Virus record (IMG/VR): IMGVR_UViG_3300005069_000001
Source: a virus
Length of the DNA stretch: 41,346 nucleotides
Direction: 5' to 3' (one strand)
The position numbers were made by a program, and so were the translations under genes. Position 1 is the stretch's first letter. Each line of letters starts with the position of its first letter. This document shows positions 16,814 to 22,885 of this stretch, in pieces. The notes beneath the pieces are model-generated. The model was given only the letters and a program-made list of their open reading frames with translations, made no database searches and was not told where the DNA came from.

Positions 16814-17028
16814 TCCCCCCTTAAATTAAAAATAACTTGCTTGGCATAATCAAATTCAGACACAAAATAATCTGATAATTTTTGCAATGTTTTTGTATCA
16901 ATATTCGCAGTATCGTTCCTTGCAATCCGTGATACGGTCGCACCAGTAACACCAACCTTTGATGCAATAGCTTGATGATTGCGTTCTCGTTTTAATAAAT
17001 CACTTATTGTTTTGACTGTTAATAACAT
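16810..17028 (-). CDS. XRE-like HTH regulator (72 aa)
   Basis: ATG at 17028 with AAGGAG 5 nt upstream. HTH QAIASKVGVTGATVSRIARN. Confidence 0.7.
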   Translation of the reverse strand: MLLTVKTISDLLKRERNHQAIASKVGVTGATVSRIARNDTANIDTKTLQKLSDYFVSEFDYAKQVIFNLRGE

Positions 17029-17046
17029 TTTAACTCCTTTAATGTA

Positions 17047-17110
17047 TTTTATAAAAACATAATACATTTTATAAAAATATATTGCAAGTTATTTTTATGT
17101 GTGTTATTGT
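17047..17110. promoter_or_regulatory. Back-to-back divergent promoters sharing one palindromic -35 hexamer, plus two palindromic operators
   Basis: TTGCAA (17082-17087) is self-complementary. Rightward: 17 nt then TATTGT (17105-17110). Leftward: 17 nt then TATTAT (fwd ataata 17059-17064). TTTTATAAAA occurs at 17047-17056 and 17067-17076, 20 bp apart. Confidence 0.6.
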
Positions 17111-17135
17111 GATTTTGTTAATAAGGAGATACAAA

Positions 17136-17465
17136 ATGATTTTTAAGAATATAGAACTAGAAATTGATTTAACCATACACGGCATTTCAAAGCCATATTT
17201 TGTTTATGCAGAAGCCGACATTGAATTTGAATTTGATGAGGACTGGGACGTTTGGATTAAATCCATTGATGTAACCGAAGCAATCGTAGTTGACAGATTC
17301 GATGACGCTTGGCAGTTTAAAATCGTTCCTGATAAAAACAATTCGCTATATGCTGATTTACTAAAACAAATTGAGAAAGCCATTGAAGATAAAAACGGTG
17401 AAGAGTACATAGATTATTTTATTATTAACGAAATGGACGATTTGAAAGGGGGCAGACATGACTAA
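17136..17465 (+). CDS. Acidic hypothetical protein (109 aa)
   Basis: ATG at 17136 with AAGGAG (17124-17129). The longer TTG-initiated version in the ORF track is unlikely. Confidence 0.6.
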   Translation: MIFKNIELEIDLTIHGISKPYFVYAEADIEFEFDEDWDVWIKSIDVTEAIVVDRFDDAWQFKIVPDKNNSLYADLLKQIEKAIEDKNGEEYIDYFIINEMDDLKGGRHD

Positions 17466-17883
17466 AAGAATGATTGACGCTGATGAGTTAATTGAATTTA
17501 TATTTAATTGCGACAGTATTCTTGATTTATCATTGGGAATATTAAGCAAAATCAACGAACTCGCAACCCCTGCTGAACCACAGGAAAGCATTTTTGATGC
17601 TGACGGGTGGTGTTGGGATATGAATTTAGCACCGCATGACGGTTGTAATTTATTGCTAAAAAACTATAATTCAGATGATTTTTTTATAATGTATGATTGT
17701 TATAAAGAAACACAAGAGGATTATTGGCGGTCACATTCACTACCAAATGAGTGTGAACTATGGAATGGTTTTAAAACAGATGACATTATAATTAATAATG
17801 GTTTTAAAGATGTTAGCTTAGATGAATATGAAGAGGTTGCTTGGCAACCACTGCCAAAACTACCAACTGGGGGCAAAGAATGA
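17458..17883 (+). CDS. Hypothetical protein (141 aa)
   Basis: 8-nt overlap with the upstream gene. Trp/Cys-rich acidic protein. Confidence 0.6.
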   Translation: MTKRMIDADELIEFIFNCDSILDLSLGILSKINELATPAEPQESIFDADGWCWDMNLAPHDGCNLLLKNYNSDDFFIMYDCYKETQEDYWRSHSLPNECELWNGFKTDDIIINNGFKDVSLDEYEEVAWQPLPKLPTGGKE

Positions 17884-18113
17884 CAAATAAATATTTATGC
17901 AGCCAAAGCAAAGATTTTGACAAGGTATCTACAATATACGCTGATAATTCTTATCAAGCGGCTATTACGATGTATAAAGAAATTGATGACTATAACGGTG
18001 ACATCAATACAAACGGACGTGAAATATACGTTAAAAACGAAATTGGACATATTAGAATGTTTAGTGTGACAGTAGATGTCCAACCAAAATATTATGCCGT
18101 GGAGGTTATATGA
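17880..18113 (+). CDS. Hypothetical protein (77 aa)
   Basis: ATG at 17880 overlapping the upstream stop (ATGA). Confidence 0.55.
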   Translation: MTNKYLCSQSKDFDKVSTIYADNSYQAAITMYKEIDDYNGDINTNGREIYVKNEIGHIRMFSVTVDVQPKYYAVEVI

Positions 18114-18185
18114 CATGCTTTTTATTATCCGCTTGTGATTTAATTATACCACAATTGTTATTGTTAATTATTTTAGAGGGTTTCA

Positions 18186-18710
18186 ATGATGATTAATAAA
18201 AAAGAAATAGATTCTTATTTTATAAAAAAACAAGTTTTTAATGAAAAAGAATTTTATTTTATGGACATGCTATGGCTTAAAGATAATCAGAAACTACCTA
18301 ATAATTTAGAAGTTAATGAATTGTTTTTAGGTCGTTCTTATTTAGAAAAATTACCGAAAAATTTAAAAATAAATAAAACATTGTTTTTAAATGATAAAAT
18401 AAAAACACTCCCTGAGTGTTGCGATATAAAATCTGTTAAAAGTATGTATATATCGCAATATTCAAATTTTAAATGTAAATCTTTTGATTATTTTGGTGGT
18501 AAATATGACATAGAAACGCTTTTTGTATTTAAGCATAATAATTATGTGTATTGTGTTGTTGAGGGTATATTAATGATTTATCAAGACGCTTATCTTTACA
18601 TATCAGAAAATTATTCTAAAAGGCATTTGAATATTTTTGAAAACCTTGTTGAGCAACTTAATGAAAAATCAATATTTAAAAAAATAATCAATTATATTAA
18701 AAATTTTTAA
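18186..18710 (+). CDS. AT-rich hypothetical protein with leucine-rich-repeat-like segments (174 aa)
   Basis: LPNNLEVNELFLGRSYLEKLPKNLKINKTLFLNDKIKTLPE. 16/60 G+C at 18241-18300. Confidence 0.55.
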   Translation: MMINKKEIDSYFIKKQVFNEKEFYFMDMLWLKDNQKLPNNLEVNELFLGRSYLEKLPKNLKINKTLFLNDKIKTLPECCDIKSVKSMYISQYSNFKCKSFDYFGGKYDIETLFVFKHNNYVYCVVEGILMIYQDAYLYISENYSKRHLNIFENLVEQLNEKSIFKKIINYIKNF

Positions 18711-18723
18711 AATGGAGTCAGTA

Positions 18724-18834
18724 ATGATAATTAGCGTAATAATAGGCTTGTTGTTATTTGCATTAACAGCATACGCATTTATGAAAGCGTTTTTGCCTTG
18801 GATAAACAAAATGGACGATACCCACAAAAAATAA
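18724..18834 (+). CDS. Small single-TM membrane protein (36 aa), not in the ORF track
   Basis: GGAG at 18714-18717. MIISVIIGLLLFALTAYAFMKAFLPWINKMDDTHKK*. Followed directly by a terminator. Confidence 0.45.
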   Translation: MIISVIIGLLLFALTAYAFMKAFLPWINKMDDTHKK

Positions 18835-18840
18835 AAACAA

Positions 18841-18875
18841 CCCCTGCCAGTTTTAATTAGCAGGGGTTATTTTTG
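18841..18875 (+). terminator. Intrinsic terminator of the 17.1-18.8 kb rightward operon
   Basis: cccctgc ... gcagggg stem followed by ttatttttg. Confidence 0.7.
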
Positions 18876-19068
18876 TCTTGACCCTAGTGGCACTAGAACC
18901 AAGACAAGCAGATAATGCCTAGGACAAAATCAGAAATGCAACATACCTAAGGTATATGCAAGTGTATAAGCCGAAGCCGATACATCGACGCAATCCATAA
19001 CCCCCGATAAACAGTAATCACAGACTTGCAGGGTTATTATACCTTTTTTGTGATGTTAGGTAAATGGT

Positions 19069-19263
19069 TTAAAATTTTATATTTTTTGTTATAATCATTT
19101 TTCTACATTTTTTGCAATCATAAATGTGCCATAAATGCCTAAAATTATGCACTTTGTCAATTTCACTCATGCCTATTTCAGATTTAATATACAGTTGTCT
19201 AATTGCTCTTTGCCATTCCCATTCATGAAAACAGATTCCAAATAACAGTAATATTTTAATCAT
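19069..19263 (-). CDS. Small Cys/His protein (64 aa), DUF1660-like pattern
   Basis: Hydrophobic N-terminus, then CFHEW ... CKKC. Confidence 0.5.
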   Translation of the reverse strand: MIKILLLFGICFHEWEWQRAIRQLYIKSEIGMSEIDKVHNFRHLWHIYDCKKCRKMIITKNIKF

Positions 19264-19426
19264 TTTCTATCCTTTTCTTTTCAGTGTCACTAAATGGTTC
19301 ACCACAAAAATAACTAAACCATATGCGATTTAATAATTCGTGTGGTGTGTTGTCAGGTAATTTACGACCGCAAGCACCCACGCAATCAGGCGATGCACAA
19401 TAGGTTTTATCTAGGTTTATTGTCAT
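19256..19426 (-). CDS. Small Cys-rich protein (56 aa), not in the ORF track
   Basis: Hand translation MTINLDKTYCASPDCVGACGRKLPDNTPHELLNRIWFSYFCGEPFSDTEKKRIEND*. ATGA overlap with the DUF262 gene stop. Confidence 0.5.
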   Translation of the reverse strand: MTINLDKTYCASPDCVGACGRKLPDNTPHELLNRIWFSYFCGEPFSDTEKKRIEND

Positions 19427-19893
19427 GCTCTCTCCCCCTCTTTATGTGCTGTACCGCCAAAATTCATCAGGTTGTAATAGTTTTTAAGATACTCGATGTC
19501 TTCGGAATTAGTGACATATTGAGGGAAAGAACACACATTAAAGCGACCGTGTAAATCACTAACCTCTGAATATAAAACTCCATACACAGGGAATCTATCG
19601 TTAATATATTCACTGATTGTATTGATGCGTTGTTGTCCATCAATTAAAATATTATCTAATTCTTTATTTTTAGAATTTTCATTAATCGTAAATGTGCCAA
19701 TAGGTATGCCACACCATAAAGACTCAATTAGTTTTATTTTTTGTTCTTGCGTCCACACTAAGGGGCGTTGAAAATACGGTATTTTATAACCCAGTATCGT
19801 ATTCGGTAAATGCCCGTACTCTTTATTGTTATAAAATAAGGAGCATAATTGGAGATTATAATGCTGTCCAAGATTAACTTTTGGCGGTATCAT
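19423..19893 (-). CDS. Stand-alone DUF262 / ParB-Srx-fold (GmrSD N-terminal-like) protein (156 aa)
   Basis: IPYFQRPLVWTQEQKIKLIESLWCGIPIGTFTI ... ILIDGQQRINTI is the DUF262 signature including DGQQR. No DUF1524/HNH partner domain. Confidence 0.75.
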   Translation of the reverse strand: MIPPKVNLGQHYNLQLCSLFYNNKEYGHLPNTILGYKIPYFQRPLVWTQEQKIKLIESLWCGIPIGTFTINENSKNKELDNILIDGQQRINTISEYINDRFPVYGVLYSEVSDLHGRFNVCSFPQYVTNSEDIEYLKNYYNLMNFGGTAHKEGERA

Positions 19894-20059
19894 TTAATTC
19901 TCTCATTTGTTGGTGTGTTAATTTTAAGACCGATTCCAAAACATCAAAATGACACACTGGAACTCGATTGCGATAAATCCAAGCCCTTATAGTTTTATAA
20001 GGAATATTGGTTTTATTATGTATGTACGCTGTATCTCGTAAATATTTATTCCAAGTCAT
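19874..20059 (-). CDS. Small HTH regulator (61 aa)
   Basis: ATG at 20059 with AAGGA 8 nt upstream. IPYKTIRAWIYRNRVP. Confidence 0.6.
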   Translation of the reverse strand: MTWNKYLRDTAYIHNKTNIPYKTIRAWIYRNRVPVCHFDVLESVLKLTHQQMRELNDTAKS

Positions 20060-20077
20060 ATCAAGTCCTTTCAAATA

Positions 20078-20143
20078 AATGTAGCACTTTTAAAACAAAT
20101 ATGCAACATTTTTATTGACATTTAGCAATTATCTTGCTAAAGT
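20078..20143. promoter_or_regulatory. Divergent promoter pair with an inverted-repeat operator
   Basis: Rightward TTGACA (20115-20120), 17 nt, TAAAGT (20138-20143), with TAGCAA-N5-TTGCTA (20123-20139) in the spacer. Leftward TTGCAT (fwd atgcaa 20101-20106), 17 nt, TACATT (fwd 20078-20083). Confidence 0.6.
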
Positions 20144-20168
20144 GATTCTATTGTAAGGGAGAGATACA

Positions 20169-20363
20169 ATGATTTTAGATAAAGAACGCAAACGTCAAGA
20201 GTTTTTAAATGCTATGCACGCACAGGATATTGAAAAAATGTCACCACGAGCGGACAGTGAGTACAACCCACAAGAACATCGCATTAACGCCAAGAACACA
20301 ATTACATTGTGGGTATTGTTTTTGTCTGCGTGTGCTTTACTGGCTTGTATGGTGATACTATGA
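20169..20363 (+). CDS. Tail-anchored small membrane protein (64 aa)
   Basis: AAGGGAGAG SD. C-terminal TM ITLWVLFLSACALLACMVIL. Confidence 0.55.
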   Translation: MILDKERKRQEFLNAMHAQDIEKMSPRADSEYNPQEHRINAKNTITLWVLFLSACALLACMVIL

Positions 20364-20674
20364 AGCATAATCTGCATGACAAAAGCGAAGCTATTAGAAA
20401 AATGATTAATAACGGCATGATGTATAAAGAGATTGCATACGAATTAAAAGTTAATGAATACGCTTTAAAATCACACATATTAGATTACTTTGATGTCGTA
20501 AAGGTTGCAACGTATAAAAATAAAGTAAGAACATCACAAATAAAAGAAACAGATAAAAACGAGATTTTAGCAATGTATAAAGACGGCATTACTTGTGGCG
20601 TTATCGCCAAAACGTTTAATGTCACGTACAGTGCTATCTATAGTTTTCTTAAAAAGAATAAGGATAAATCATGA
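20360..20674 (+). CDS. Double-HTH protein, GcrA-N-like paralog 1 (104 aa)
   Basis: ATGA overlap. MKHNLHDKSEAIRKMINNGMMYKEIAYELKVNEYALKSHI, and a second HTH ILAMYKDGITCGVIAKTFNVTYSAIYSFLKK. Confidence 0.6.
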   Translation: MKHNLHDKSEAIRKMINNGMMYKEIAYELKVNEYALKSHILDYFDVVKVATYKNKVRTSQIKETDKNEILAMYKDGITCGVIAKTFNVTYSAIYSFLKKNKDKS

Positions 20675-21000
20675 AACATAATATGCACATTCATAATGAA
20701 CGCATCAAAGAGATGCTTGAAGCAGGATTACTTCACAAAACAATAGCGTACACATTAAATGTGAAGCCTTTTGTTTTGAGAGTACATTTAAAAACATGGT
20801 TTACAATTGAGAAAACCATAATTGTAACCTACAAAGAAAAACTTTTATCAAAAAATAATGCTTTGCAAGAGAACGAATCAGCCATTATGGAACTATACCG
20901 AAATGGTGTCAAAGTAAGAACGATTGCTGATAGGTACGGTGTACCGTATCATGCAACATTCCAATTCATAGCTTATCGCAAGCGGAGGGATAATGTCTAG
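20671..21000 (+). CDS. Double-HTH protein, GcrA-N-like paralog 2 (109 aa)
   Basis: MKHNMHIHNERIKEMLEAGLLHKTIAYTLNVKPFVLRVHL and IMELYRNGVKVRTIADRYGVPYHATFQFI. Same architecture as paralog 1. Confidence 0.6.
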   Translation: MKHNMHIHNERIKEMLEAGLLHKTIAYTLNVKPFVLRVHLKTWFTIEKTIIVTYKEKLLSKNNALQENESAIMELYRNGVKVRTIADRYGVPYHATFQFIAYRKRRDNV

Positions 21001-21364
21001 TGAATTTCTTATGGACAATCTTAAAGAAGTCAAGAGTATGTTAATTGGCAATAAGAGCCATAGATTTATAGCTAAACATTTTAATGTCACATTAGGGTGT
21101 TTATCAGGGTTTATTTATCGTAACTTAAAAAGTGTAAACACAATTTCAAGACCTAAAAAACAACCAAAGAAAGAGATTTATATACCTATGGTTATCGAAT
21201 TTGAAGCCAATCAATGTAAATTTCTTACTGGTGACAGACCATATATCCAGTGTAAGCATGACAGGATTAAAGATAGTCCATATTGCAAAGAACATCATGA
21301 TATTTGTTATATGAAAAATACTAAGAATATTAAAGTTGTGGATAAAGCGTGGGGGCAGAAATGA
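20993..21364 (+). CDS. GcrA-like transcription regulator (123 aa)
   Basis: N-terminal HTH LKEVKSMLIGNKSHRFIAKHFNVTLGCLSGFIYRNL. C-terminal CKFLTGDRPYIQCKHDRIKDSPYCKEHHDICY matches the GcrA motif CxWPxGD...FC...PYCxEH....Y as I recall it for Caulobacter GcrA. Confidence 0.65.
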   Translation: MSSEFLMDNLKEVKSMLIGNKSHRFIAKHFNVTLGCLSGFIYRNLKSVNTISRPKKQPKKEIYIPMVIEFEANQCKFLTGDRPYIQCKHDRIKDSPYCKEHHDICYMKNTKNIKVVDKAWGQK

Positions 21365-21762
21365 CTACAAAAGGACAAGAATTAATCGAGAGTGCAAAGG
21401 AAGCGTTAGTGTTTGCAAGGGGTGAGGTGAATGAGTGGCGTGCATGTAAAATAAAACCCTTATTCATTCCATTAAAAACCGAATATTTTAATGCGTTTAA
21501 AGATGGAACAAAAAAGCATGAATTTCGTGTTGGTAATCGTTGGAATGAAAAACATTGCACAGTAGGGCGTAAAGTTACGTTATCGAAAGGTTATGGCAAG
21601 CACGAACGGTTAAATGGTGTAATAACCAGTTTTGAAGTTGTTAGTGTTAATGACTTGCCAGATAAACAAAAAATAGACGTTTGTACTATTTATAATGGGG
21701 GCATTTACAATGTTTGCGATAGTTTTAAAATTAACAAAATAGGTATTGAGGTTCTGAAATGA
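21361..21762 (+). CDS. ASCH (PUA-fold) domain protein (133 aa)
   Basis: ATGA overlap. IKPLFIPLKTEYFNAFKDGTKKHEFRVGNRW...GRKVTLSKGYG is ASCH-like. Confidence 0.5.
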   Translation: MTTKGQELIESAKEALVFARGEVNEWRACKIKPLFIPLKTEYFNAFKDGTKKHEFRVGNRWNEKHCTVGRKVTLSKGYGKHERLNGVITSFEVVSVNDLPDKQKIDVCTIYNGGIYNVCDSFKINKIGIEVLK

Positions 21763-22016
21763 TGAAACAAAATGAAATAACCTATATCAGTCATTGCTTC
21801 ACTGGTAAAATATCGCAAGAGTCCGCTGAAAGTATAGTGACACATGAAAAGTTATATGAAATGTACGAGATACAGAAAGCAATGAATATTGGTAAAGATG
21901 CCATTATGACAATGCACGAGATGGTCATTGACGAATTAAGGCAAGAAATAAAAAACTATAAAATCTGTTTTGGTTTAATTTGTGCATTATCAATATTCGT
22001 GGCGGTGGTGAGTTAG
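21759..22016 (+). CDS. Hypothetical protein with a C-terminal TM (85 aa)
   Basis: ATGA overlap. C-terminal ICFGLICALSIFVAVV. Confidence 0.5.
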   Translation: MMKQNEITYISHCFTGKISQESAESIVTHEKLYEMYEIQKAMNIGKDAIMTMHEMVIDELRQEIKNYKICFGLICALSIFVAVVS

Positions 22017-22018
22017 CG

Positions 22019-22276
22019 ATGCGGATATACGATATTTCATACTTTCGTAAAGATAAAAAGACCATTGAAACTAAACCTGTAAAGGCTGAAACAATGACAA
22101 GGGCTGTGCAAAAATTACTTGATACGGCAAAGCATCATGGTACTGAAATATCGTCTATATCTGCAACAATTAAAGGTAGTCAGGGCGTGCAAAGATTTTG
22201 CGATGTATGTTTAAAGACAGAGGCTGTTTATGGTTATAAAGATAATTTAATGAAGTGTGAGGAATGCAGAAAATGA
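22019..22276 (+). CDS. Hypothetical protein with a C-terminal CxxC...CxxC zinc-ribbon-like motif (85 aa)
   Basis: ATG at 22019. CDVCLKTEAVYGYKDNLMKCEEC. Confidence 0.5.
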   Translation: MRIYDISYFRKDKKTIETKPVKAETMTRAVQKLLDTAKHHGTEISSISATIKGSQGVQRFCDVCLKTEAVYGYKDNLMKCEECRK

Positions 22277-22449
22277 ATAAATTTTTAAAGTTAATGACTA
22301 TAGGTTTATTATTTATTAGTGGTTTATATGCAATCTCAATGCTATGGCATTATATTTTGTATATAATTATTGCCATTGGTATTTTAGGAATTATTTTTGT
22401 GGGTCTTGTCACTAAGGTATGGTGTGAAACAGAAATAGAAATAGAATAA
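22264..22449 (+). CDS. Two-TM small membrane protein (61 aa)
   Basis: LKLMTIGLLFISGLYAISMLW and ILYIIIAIGILGIIFVGLV. Confidence 0.55.
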   Translation: MQKMNKFLKLMTIGLLFISGLYAISMLWHYILYIIIAIGILGIIFVGLVTKVWCETEIEIE

Positions 22450-22451
22450 AC

Positions 22452-22474
22452 GGACGCTCTAAGCGTCTTTTTTT
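22452..22474 (+). terminator. Intrinsic terminator
   Basis: gacgc-tctaa-gcgtc followed by T7. Confidence 0.65.
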
Positions 22475-22506
22475 ATGTCAACAACAAACTTTTTGAGGGA
22501 GAAGTT

Positions 22507-22686
22507 ATGTTAAGATTGATACTATTAATCATTGTGTTTGCAACGATAGACGATGCAATAGCAAAAGAAACTGTAATGCGACCACATATTTCAGGATTAC
22601 CAAGGCGTGTTATGAGAGTGCATACTAAATATACCGCTATACAATCCACAAAGCCACATCCGAAACTTCGTGTTGACAATGATTAA
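22507..22686 (+). CDS. Small secreted basic peptide (59 aa), just below the ORF-track cutoff
   Basis: GAGGGAG SD. MLRLILLIIVFATIDDAIA|KETVMRPHISGLPRRVMRVHTKY... Preferred over the antisense TTG-initiated 68-aa ORF 22473..22679. Confidence 0.45.
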   Translation: MLRLILLIIVFATIDDAIAKETVMRPHISGLPRRVMRVHTKYTAIQSTKPHPKLRVDND

Positions 22687-22706
22687 TAATGTGTTAATAT
22701 TAATTA

Positions 22707-22801
22707 GGAATCAAATTTCTATTTACCTTTGTGATTGATGATTTTTATTGTACTCTCCTTATATAAAACTACCCCTTGGAGTCATTGCCAAGGGGTTTTT
22801 T
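22707..22801 (+). ncRNA. Candidate ~95-nt small RNA (promoter + terminator, no ORF)
   Basis: TTGACA (22673-22678), 16 nt, extended -10 TGtTAATAT (22692-22700). Strong terminator ccccttgg-agtcattg-ccaagggg-T6 (22772-22801). Contains the anti-SD-like tactctcctt (22751-22760). Confidence 0.3.
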
Positions 22802-22811
22802 ATTATTTGTA

Positions 22812-22833
22812 AACAGGTTGTCCTGTTTTTTTT
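22812..22833 (+). terminator. Second tandem intrinsic terminator
   Basis: aacagg-ttgt-cctgtt followed by T8. Confidence 0.6.
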
Positions 22834-22885
22834 GAGTATGTCACGCCTGTTATTGGTGATGTTACTGTGTCGTTATCGTCCACAA

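Noticed and set aside
19028-19048. gcagggttattatacctttttt as a terminator for gene 19069-19263
   Set aside because: No convincing stem partner nearby. The T-run is on the wrong strand for the minus-strand gene.
22473-22679. 68-aa minus-strand ORF
   Set aside because: TTG start without an SD. The opposite strand carries a better-supported 59-aa ORF (22507-22686) with a GAGGGAG SD and a signal peptide.
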